Below are positions 1-14,100 of a DNA stretch of 64,000 bases, piece by piece. The stretch lies in assembly GCA_963924565.1 (NCBI GenBank), contig OZ004615.1, forward strand, positions 8,866,001-8,930,000. The letters are read 5' to 3'. The notes under the pieces were generated by a model, which searched no databases, was not told the origin of the DNA, and saw only the letters and a program-made list of their open reading frames with translations. How positions within the stretch are numbered: the stretch's first letter is position 1; each line of letters begins with the position of its first letter. The DNA is from Ascidiella aspersa (taxonomy: Eukaryota). The position numbers and the translations under genes were made by a program.

Positions 1-3000
1 ACGTCATTCATTTTGGACGACAAACGTCGGAATGACCTTTCTCGGAATTTCTATGTACTCGGTAAACCAGGGACAGGTACAACGGTACCTTTCCTGCAAA
101 TCTGTAAACGACGCTAAGATGTAAGAATAATAATTTATCACCCTTTGCTTTATAGAACCAAAATATACTATATCATATAGCTTTTCGTTTTTGATGCCAA
201 ACCTTAATTTTATTTGTTTGACATTGGAGTGATCCTAGGAATTCATGGTGGGTCTGTATTTTTCATAAGCAGTTCAACAAAGCATTGTCAATTAAGCGAG
301 CAATTGTCAAACTGTGTACCGCGGCAGATTATTATCAAGTGACCGCGTATAATTTTGTTATTTTGGAAAACAAGCTATTTGTAATACAAAAATTATATTA
401 TGATTTTGAATGAAATGTACTATTAAACTGGTTGTCCGTGCTTTGATTTTTCTGTTACACTTTTTGTTAATTTACAGTTTTCTAACGTTTCATTTTAAAC
501 AAATAGGTTCAAGGTAAACCCAAAACCATGTTGGACACACCGAACGCTAAATTAATACTTTCTACCTTTATAAACCAGTCGGAACGACTTTACAATGTTT
601 ATTGGGCATGTTAGCAGCTTCTCTCACTAAAGTACTTTCAACCGTTAAAGAATTGCATTTGCAGTTTTCAACGTATTTAAAAACGCCATAGTATTCTATA
701 TAACTAAACACCACAAATAATAATAATCAATAATATTTATCGGCTAAAACCAGAGCTATTGCGTTGAATTGAGTCGGCCTGCTTTTGTTGAATGGGTTTG
801 CGGTTATGTGCGGCCTGGTCATGTACGCTTACTACAAAAACTGTGATCCGTTATCTGCACGAATCGTAAAAAGTTTCGACCAGGTAAGATCTTTTACGAT
901 AAATATTTAAAGCAAACATGTGAACTTTATTTTTCCGTCGAATGCATTTAACTGCCGAGGCCTTGTGGATTTAATTGGATGCCCGCATCGCGTTAAGGAA
1001 ACCAGGCAAAATGTTCGCAACAAGCAAAAAATAAGAACAGATCGTTAAACTAGATTCGTTTTGTAATTAAAAATGTGTTACTTTAAAAACAATAAAAATA
1101 ATAAAGAAAGGTTGTTATCGATTCGCGATAAACACGTAAAAACTGCATTAACAGAATTAGATGAAAAGCTAAAATATGAACGTAATAGGGCTATATGTTT
1201 TAAACGTTTGGTTTATTTACGTCAACGACATTTGCCTTAAGTACAAAAATTCATAAATGTAGTCCTTCCTTGTTTTGCCCAGGTTCGCTGGCTACTTAAA
1301 ACTTGTAAATACAGACGATATTGACCATATCAGTTCCACGTTTTGTGAACTTACATTATGTTTTTGCCACCCGATCCGTTAGAAATTAGTGCATTTCTAA
1401 GCAAAAAGGTCTACGACAATTAGTGCATCCAAAGGATCAAAAAGTCCGACTTTAGACTTTGAGGTCTCGGACAAAGCACTAATTTGACTTAACAATGTGC
1501 TTCAAAATATTAAGTTTAATAATACTTGACCTACCTAAACCCAAACGCTAACCCTAACCCAAATAATGTGCATTGAATTAATAATTACATAAACGCTTTA
1601 GGCTCCAATACCTCAATTTGTGACGTAACAATCCTATGGTACCATAGACGAGAAACTATCTTATGTCCACTCGAGTTTGTGCTTTTTCACCAGCATTCAA
1701 ATTATTATTACATTAATGCACATTATTTGGGTTCGGGTTCGGGTTAGCGTTTAGGTTAGGGTGGGTAAAGTGTTATTAATGCTATCTCACAATTTTTGTA
1801 ATCTTTTGTGAATGTTCAACGAATATTTTCAATTTATCTACGCCGGGAGTTTACCTAAAGGTCCAAATTAGTGCATTGCCAGGACCTCAAGGTCTAAAAC
1901 TCTAGACTTTTCTACCATTGGATGCCCTAATTGTCGTAGACCTTTTTGCTTAGAAACGCACTAATTTCTAACGGATCGAGTGTTTTTGCTTAGCTATGTT
2001 TTCGTCAATTCTAGTAAGAAGCAAAACAGCATTTTCAAAAGTTATCATCGTTAAGATGCATTGATTACAATTTTTGGTATAAAAAACAACTAGCTGTATT
2101 ATTATTTACTATAGCTTTTGCCTTTTATGGTGCTGGATATCTTTCTAAACAATCCTGGAATGCCGGGCGTGTTTCTTGCCAGCGTTTTCTCCGGAAGTTT
2201 GAGGTAAAATTTGGGTTTGAATTATATAATGGAAAAATAATATCAACATAATTTATAATCAAATTGTTTAGCACTGTGTCGACTGGTATAACTGGCCTAT
2301 CAAGTGTAGCTATGCAAGACTTTCTGAAACCATGGTTCAAATGGTCGGAGTCCACGTATTTTTGGATATCAAGAGGTGACGTGTTCGTAATTTTGGTTGC
2401 AAAGATTGTACAAAAACATAATTTAGATAGCATACGGAACTCCGCATTACTATAAATGCATTTTTGCTAGGACGTAATTCAGAGCTTTGATATAAAGGTA
2501 AATGCCGAATAACTACATTGGTTCCAAAAAATTATATATGTTAAACTATTTTCGTTGAAGCAAAAAGCTACATAACTTTTTAAAAACCTAGTCAAAGCGG
2601 GATTGTATGTACTTGCCCTAAATCCGTGTAAAAAATCGGTGTTATTTCAGCTTTGTATGAAACACCTTAAAAACAAGTCAAGTTCAACGATGTTTTAAGA
2701 CTCATTGTTACGTTGATATTCCAACAAATCCATTGTAGTCAAACAGATACGGTTCTGACACCATTAAAATTATCCTCTTCGTTTCTTGTTAATCTGTTAA
2801 AGCAATGGAATTCCTAAATTACTTCCTAAGGTCTTACAATTTTCTATGGAGGGGTTTGCATGCTGTTCGCCTACCTTACATCACAATTGGGAGCTATCTT
2901 ACAAGTGGCTATAACCGTTGTAGGACTCATCGGGGGTCCTATGCTCGGAATCTACTCCCTGGGAATCCGCTTTCCTTGTACAAACTCTGCTGTAAGTTTT

Positions 3001-5040
3001 TGCTAAGGGTTTGGTTTTATTATCGTGGGGGGTTTGGTTTTAACATAACGTCATAAAAACATTTTCAAACGAAATGAGGAAAAATTAATTATCAGTTGTC
3101 GCACCATATCTAACATATATATATTCAAAGATTGTTTACATTCAGCTTCCTTTACCTATTATACAGACATAATTAATAAAGCATAACTACATATAGATTT
3201 GTACGACTAACGTGTCCTGTTACGTGCATATAGGGAGCAATTGGTGGGACAATCATTGGACTCGGGTTGAACGTTTGGATTTTTGTCGGATCGAAAAGTT
3301 ACCCGATTCCGGGCGAGTTTGCTCACTTGCTAAGCTTTGAGACATTTGCATGTCCGAATACCACATTGATTGCTGGTAATGTCACGACTACTACCGCATA
3401 CCACACTACCGCACAAAGCAATGTTTTCACAACGGCTATTGTGGAACAACAGAGGCCGGCAATCGCCGATTTGTACGCCATGTCCTACCTGTATTATCCA
3501 GTGTTAGGCTGATTGACTACCATGGCATTTGGACTCATCATAAGTTTCATAACCTGTAAGTTTATGTTGTTGAGATAAGTGCGCTAAAAATCTTCCGCGG
3601 TTTTTCTCTTTCCGCTGATGTGCAGATATTTACTAAACGATATGCTTATTCCAACAGAAACAACTTAAATATTTTAAAGCATGGGTCGGCAACCTACGGC
3701 CCGCGGGCCGCCGTTGTAATCCATTCGGCACGCCGCCTCTTTGACAAATTAGACACGAATCCATTTCACATACTCTTTGACTATTTTAATTATGTAATTG
3801 CGAAAAATTTCGCGCTTTGCGCGAATGATCATTTTACATATGATTTGTTAACGCTTTGCTGCTGCTTTTTCAACTAGATAGATAAGCGCTTCTTTACCGT
3901 TGCGCCGTGGAAGGCTGCCAAGTGCGTCGCGGAAAACGTATTCAAAAATATTGGACATTTATTTTTGAAACATCATTGATTGATTATTTTCGGAAATGTT
4001 ATAAAAGTTTGTAAGAATTTTAAAAGAAACACCAGTATACCAAAAAAAAATCGCGCTCACTTCGCTCGCCAGGTGTGCCTGGACTTAAAACGGTTAAAAA
4101 ACACTGCTAGATTAGCTTGAAATGTTATCGCGTTCCCTAAAAGTTGTTTAATTACACTTTTCATTATTATTATGGATGACGACGTGTGAACTCCAATTTT
4201 AAACCAAACAAATCCCTTTTTTTGCGCTTTGCGTCAACACTTTACTGCCCCTGTAAATATATAATTAAACACGTTTTAAAGTGCAAAAAATATCCGAGGC
4301 CCGGCTGATTCACAGTTGTTTTAACATTTCACTAGATCAATTCTTAGTTAACATTTTGTGCGACCCGCAGGGACCTTTCTGAGTTTGGTTTTGGCCAACG
4401 ACTAGAAAAAGGTTGTCGACCCCTGTTTTAAAGGCACAACATACTGTAATTTTGCAGATGTTTTAAAACGTGTCCCGGCGGGCCATTAAACTGATCGCAT
4501 TGAGACGCAAACTTTTACGCTTAAACTTGATAAGCAGCAAAAGCTATTTTTCATGACTCAAAATGTTAGTTGTTTAACTAAAATAAATCACACGAGATTG
4601 ATTCACACGAAGCTACCTTTTAAATCGATTATTGTTTTTTTCTATAGGCGGTTACAGAAATCGTAAGAACGTAGACTCTCGCCTGATTCATCGCTTTTTC
4701 GATCACGTCTTTTTTTGCTGGATTCCCGCCAAAGCCCGTCGTTTCTGCTGGTGTGGAGCTAATCACGTCGAAAAACAAGAAGAGGTAAGTAATATGAAAT
4801 GAGATAGGTTTAAATGCAATTGCCAATATTAATAAAACCTTATCAACGCGACTAGTCGTAATTGAAAAATTACGCATTTTTTTTCACTAAAAGTGACGCA
4901 AAATTAATGAGCTCAAAATGGAAAACATTGTTAGAAAACGTATATGTCATGAATTTATTTTCAGTGGTATGATAAACAAAATTCTGTTTTAGGATAGTGA
5001 ACCTGGTATTAACAATGGACGGATGGACTCCGGGCTTTAA
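1..5040 (+). CDS. SLC5A8/SLC5A12/NIS-like sodium:solute symporter, 3' part (5' end lies outside the window); two in-frame TGA codons, so a probable pseudogene/null allele unless recoded
   Basis: GT-AG exons with consistent phases: <1-120, 754-883, 2115-2203, 2272-2375, 2831-2991, 3234-3555, 4648-4784, and tentative last exon 4993-5040. Translation gives SLC5 motifs RHSFWT..VNQGQVQRYLSCK, CDPL..DQ|LLPFMVLDIF..PGMPGVFLASVFSGSLSTVS, GGPMLGIYSLG, RPAIADLYAMSYLYY and CWCGANH. In-frame TGA at 770-772 and 3510-3512. Confidence 0.88.
1368..1982. mobile_element. Non-autonomous foldback/MITE with long inverted arms and internal telomere-like repeats
   Basis: First 68 bp (CACCCGATCCGTTAGAAATTAGTGC...) match the reverse complement of 1915-1982 with 4 mismatches. 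The arms continue inward (about 1368-1590 vs 1700-1982). Flanked by direct repeat TTTTTGC (1361-1367 / 1983-1989). Confidence 0.9.
3680..4425. mobile_element. hAT (Charlie/Buster-type) MITE
   Basis: TIRs CATGGGTCGGCAACCT / AGGTTGTCGACCCCTG; exact 8-bp TSD TTTTAAAG (3672-3679, 4426-4433). Confidence 0.9.
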
Positions 5041-6841
5041 ATTGTATTTGTGGCAAATTATCACTGCATCTGTACTTATCAAAACAAAGGAAAAAACGAT
5101 TTGACAATATTTTACCAGTATACTACTGTGTCACAAATTAGTATTTCAAAATTGTTTGTAACATTATTTCCTTGTGCGTTAAACTTGTTGTTGTTGTTTA
5201 CGACTAGCCGTTCGTGTTACGTCATAATGCCCCAAGAGTGGCCTGATGTTTACAGCGTTAAATCAGGTGATTCTATATTAAAAGTTGCAAGGAAACACGT
5301 GTCGTTTCATGTGCAACTGAAAACCCAAGCCGAAAGCCTAACTGAAAGTTAACACACACGGTATCTAGACTGGAAAGCGTCTAGTTACGCTAGTAGATCC
5401 AAAATAGCGGGCACATTATTGTGTTCATGACATACTGGAATGCATTTTTTCAATTTAAGTAAATAGTATTTTCGCCACTCCTTCTTGCGGATTTATATAA
5501 GGTGAAACAGAAAAGTCTTACATTGGGCATGCCAATAAAAAGTTTTTCTTGGAATCGTCGAACTTTATCTTTCATTCTGTCACAATATAGTTCTCAAGCT
5601 ATACGTGTAATGTTGTTTACAACTTATGTTATTATATATATATATATGTTTTAAATATTGAATTGATTGGTTAAATCAAAATTATTTTTAAACCTACAGA
5701 GATGTGATTATAAAAACTGGCGTAAATAACTGCATGTCATCAGGCAGAACACTTAACTTAGCTCTGTTTAGTGCATTCTTTTTTGCTTCAATTAGCGCAT
5801 AAGGAAACACAGCGTAATGCATAGTATAACCTTATTTACATCACTATACTGTCTAAATTATATAGAGTCGTTTTCAAACTGTGTTCCGCGATTTTAGTAA
5901 TTGTAAAAAACGGATATTCGCATTGCAATGATACATAAAATTATACATACAATGCATCAGTGAGTTAAATGCACTCTCTTTGCTTATGCATTGAAACAGT
6001 GGTTGTCAACATTTTGTTACCTCAGGCCTCAATTTTAGGCTTGTATAGGTATTTGGTGACACACCGGGCAAGGTAAACAAGAACAAAATATTATTTTGTT
6101 TGGTATACCGATGTTTCTCTTGATTGCTTGTATTCATACATAAAATCCATCGTATTGTAGGCCTCATACCTTTAAAAGTACTGAATAGTCAATAACACAA
6201 ACCTAAAGAGAAAAAAGATATAAAAGCCTGTAATATTTGAATAACTTGAATATGAAAACACGCAACACAAAATACATGGTATAAAAAATATAATCTGAAT
6301 ATACCAATATATAACACAAAATATTTTTGAACTATACTCAGGAAACTAAACTAGGCAATCTACAAATAATTCATATACTTTTGAACAATTTTTCTGTTTT
6401 CCTGCGGCGCACCTGAAAACCTTTCATATTGTAGTACCGGTAAAAAGCGCTGCCGTACATAGCAAGGTTCAATCAACTTTGTTTCGTAAAAAGTTTGGGG
6501 CTAATGTTGTTTTCAATTTCTAAGTTTAAGCAGACATACTGTCCGAATCTAGACGCAGTTATGATTCAGCTTTGTTTTGTTTCTAAACAAACTTGACGTA
6601 AAATTAATATTCCTAAAATAAACAATAATTGTTTAAACATTTCGTGGCATTATGTTTAAAAGTATAATTTCATTAAAATCGAGTCCTCTATGCTCGATTT
6701 CCTTGGGCAATTGACTTCGATAACTTTCCTTAACGTGTAACAGTCTGACGAGAAGTTTAATCAATTACCTGCTGATTATTCTGCAATCATGAACTGGAAC
6801 TGTTCGCATTCCACGCAATCACCACGAGGCAACGCCTCACA

Positions 6842-6847
6842 TATAAA
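6842..6847 (+). promoter_or_regulatory. Candidate TATA box of alpha-tubulin
   Basis: TATAAA about 110 bp upstream of the ATG at 6952, within a locally GC-richer stretch. Confidence 0.45.
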
Positions 6848-6951
6848 CGGGCGTACAAGCTTACCTCGTTTACTTTTTGCTGTCAGGCATCACGGTACAA
6901 GCACTTTAATTTCTTTTTTGAGAGACTATTTTTTCTGTTCTATTAGGCAAA

Positions 6952-10317
<3,366 letters not shown>

Positions 10318-10409
10318 GAGCGTTATTTATATTATTATTTATCACCTTGTTTGTAAGAATCAGTCTTTATTTTTCGTTTGTGCGTTTTGTTTGGTTTTTG
10401 ACTTCTTCC

Positions 10410-10415
10410 AATAAA
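10410..10415 (+). terminator. Polyadenylation signal of alpha-tubulin
   Basis: AATAAA about 93 nt after the stop codon, followed by T-rich sequence. Confidence 0.6.
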
Positions 10416-10730
10416 ATATCTGATTGCATCAAAGTGGCATTTGCATTGCATTTGCATTTTTAGACACTTCAGTTATTCTTTTTCATGCTTTGATCTTTGG
10501 TAACCATATAGGCACGTCATTCAAACGTTAAATGTATAACCTATGTTTATTAATTATCCAGCAATACGCCGTCAAAATTCCATACATTCGTTTCTTATCG
10601 CACCATGTGACATTGTCAAACACCGATGTTTTTCAAATTAAACTCTCTACAAACCGGGCAATTAACAACAACAAACCCGTAGCGCCTTGTCCATTATCTG
10701 GAACACACGCGCGTGTATCTGTCTTGTCTC

Positions 10731-10772
10731 TGACGTCACAATCCGCTTGACAATTCCCATGCAGCTGCGTCA
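10731..10772. promoter_or_regulatory. Candidate muscle-type cis-element cluster upstream of nexilin
   Basis: Perfect CRE TGACGTCA (10731-10738), E-box CAGCTG (10762-10767) and an overlapping TGCGTCA, about 350-400 bp before the ATG. Confidence 0.35.
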
Positions 10773-11125
10773 TTGCTAGTGCTAGGTCTTGGGCTTTAGC
10801 CTTAAACACTGCCATCTCTTGTCAGATGCAAATTTGCGCTAATGATGAATAAAGGTTGTCTCGTGAGTGCATGCTTTTATGTTTATGGGGTTTTAGCCGA
10901 ATCAAGATATAAACCTTTAGTGCATGTTTGGAGCAAGTCAAAATTGTTTATCGCATACAAAATTCCAGTACGCTGAACTAAATATTCAAACGATAATCTT
11001 TATGTTCAGGTTTACTATAAGGATTTTTCGTCAGGTACTAATTCATTTCGGTGCCTACAATTAAACACCAAGTTTAAAACTTCATTGACTTTACAAGCCA
11101 GCCTGAAGTAAGCAATTGGCTAGCC

Positions 11126-14100
11126 ATGGCTTCTGAAAATGGAATAAACGTGGACCAGGCACAGGACAAAACGACGAAGCGACGCAGACGGGTGAGTTGT
11201 ATGTAGCCTTCTTATCGCGCGGAAAGTATTAATCTTCTTTGACAAAGCAACTATATCGTATTTAGGCCTCTTATTAAAAGATTTATCGGGATTGTTAATT
11301 TGCGTCATACGCATGGACATCTAACTGTCCACGAACGCAATTTGTTGCGCAAATTCATCTTATGATTTTTGAACCTATAGTTTTATTTTGGCCTCGTCCC
11401 AAGAGAAGGTAATTTCATGAAGGCCATTACTCATCGAGCGTTAATTTGGCTGAACGTTAACGCTTTCTAACCCGCAATATCGACTTGATCAAACAAAACA
11501 AGGAGCGAAATATTGTATAATGTAAAGGTGTATCGACCATACCAACAAATTAAAAGTGTTACCCTTTAAAATAAGTTCGCTGTATGCAACTGCGAAAGTA
11601 ACATATAAATTTGTAGGCTACATTTCAAAATGTGCTAAATAAGTTTGAATTTTCATCTTGATGACCATCACCATTTGCCGACAAATTTCGCACGTCCTTT
11701 AATTTTCGTTTATGAACGTTGAAAATCGCAATGAACAACAAATTTTTAAAGAACAAATTGCTAAGATTTTATACATTGTATTAGTTTAGCAATCAATAAA
11801 AGTTGTGTATCGATTAGTTTATGTTTATAATTTGTCACGTAAATAAAATTGTGAAAAGGAGTAAATCTAAAATGACCATTTTCTAAGTTAACATTTTTTT
11901 AATTTTCAAATTTTCTTTACCTAAAGTTAACATTTTACCTACTAATTATGCATTACCTAGCAAACAACATTCGCAGCCTCTGTTAAGAGAGGTATCTAAT
12001 TATTACTAGATTTCAGTAAAGCTTTAGTCAGGCAGGTTTTACAGTTAGTCGCACAATTGATACGGGTTTTAATTAACCCATACGGATGAATTGCAAATTT
12101 TTCGCTCGAGAAATATTATTCACGTATTTTGATTACACCAACGTTATAGGTTGGCGAGAACAAAAATGTTGGGAACCACTACACTAAACGGTTGATTGGG
12201 GTGTAGCCTACAGAAATTCCTTGGTTAAAACGGAAGAAAAATGCGTTGTATTCTTATAGATCGGTGTAAGTACGATTAAGCCTGTTGGCAAACAAATATA
12301 AGTTTAGTATTTGTCACTTCTTTAATGGAAAGAAATGATTCCTAACGGTATTTATTTTAACCAAGACAGCACTTTGAAAAACCTGGATTGTTAAAGTTGT
12401 CGGGTGCCGATTTTCCGTGAATACTGTGCCCTTGTTATAGATTTGTGACGGTTTAAAATTACACTTGTATTTTGTGTGATATCCGATATTGTAAAATACG
12501 CAGAGTTAAGGTGTGCATTAATACAGACTTTTCACTTCCTTAAAAAGCAAGGAAATTTACCGATTCGGAATTAGAAACACATCCTAAACAAAAGATATAG
12601 TACAATTATATGACCTCAGATTAGATTACAAGCATTTGCATACTGTTGTTAAATGTGGGCGAACATGAAATCCGACACTTCCAAAACAAAGCACGACTTT
12701 CATCGGATCGTATACATGAAAAGGTTGTGGTATATAGGCGCAACATTTTATATTGGAGAACAAAAAAGCATGGGCAATACAATGCAGTGTTCGTCAACGC
12801 ATGGGTCGCAGTTTGATTGGTTTGGGTCGCCGACTGCGTAGGTTAAGATGGTTAGATTTTTTGTGCTTGTTCTGTGCAAGATTTATCTAATAATTAGGAA
12901 AATTGCGGAGGCAACACGAAGGCATGGCTCATAATAACTAAATTCAAATATATTAATGTTTATGCCTTATGTTGTGTTCGCTCACACAGTGAACATAATT
13001 CGGTCGCCAAAGCTTCGTTGTTGTACTTACGCTCCGTATTTGGTTCGCTGCGAAAATTGGTTGAGAAACAGTGAGGTAATTGGGTTCTGATTTTAGATAA
13101 ATTGTGTAACAGAAGTCACTTGACAACAGTCATAGATTAGTGTGTTGTTATTTCAAAACCTAAAAGTGTGTTTAACAAATATTGATAAAAGTTGTCCATT
13201 TGCCTTGATATCATCCATGAGAAGTGAGACCAAAAGTTCACGGGGGAACTGACCGTTATCATTGTATGACCACATAGAAGACAAACCAGACAAAGACAAA
13301 GAGCCTTATAATGTTAACCTTGTTTCTTTCTTAACAAGCAAAAGATTTAGGCAGCTAGATTTGATGTAAAGTACGTACCATTAGTCTTTGTGTGATAGAT
13401 TATACATAAAACCGATTTGTTATTCCCTGTCGAATTTGATAAATAGTATTTTGAATTATCCTGAGAAAACTTCTATAGTATATCGAATGTCGGGATTTTT
13501 CTGAAAGTAATCGAATATAAGTCGAAGCCTGAGAACTCAAATACATTACGCAAGATCCAAATAAAACGTTCTAAAGGAACGCAAACCGCTTGCGAGTCAC
13601 AGATTTGACACCCTAGGTATTACCTATGCCTGAAGAAGCTTTTGTTCTTGAATAAAACAAAGTGTTTAAATGCAATAACTGAAAACTTAAGTAATCCTAT
13701 ATTGACTAAAAAAGCAATCAATAAAAAAAAAGCAAATCAAAAATTTATCCCAAAAGCACCATATGCATGGTACTATGGCATGTTGCGCTGTGTGACCCAT
13801 AGACCACAAACTTAGCAAACGAATATGCATTCTATAAAATTGGACTATAAATGCCGTTTTTTCGAGCAATATGCGAACCTGTGATATGTGCCTCATGTGT
13901 CACGTATAGTTTTAAATTGCAAATTCTGCTAATTTCAGCAAATAAATGCCGTTTTTCGCCCTTTTAGCGCATTTAAACTGGGTTTGAGCTGCATGTATGA
14001 ACACGCTTAAAAACAGCTAATGTAACTGTGTGCGAGAGTAAGATTAGACGACATGTTCGCCCGCAGGTTGTAAGACTCTGCCAGCCTGACAATGCCTTTC

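Noticed and set aside
1530-1765. Interstitial telomere or chromosome-fusion scar
   Set aside because: Only two or three imperfect units, placed symmetrically inside a TSD-flanked inverted-repeat element.
5040-5560. SECIS element behind the SLC5 gene, including the hairpin CCTGAT...ATCAGG near 5242-5267
   Set aside because: The hairpin is ordinary Watson-Crick pairing. I could not find an AUGA/GA quartet with a correctly spaced AA loop by eye; a covariance search is still needed.
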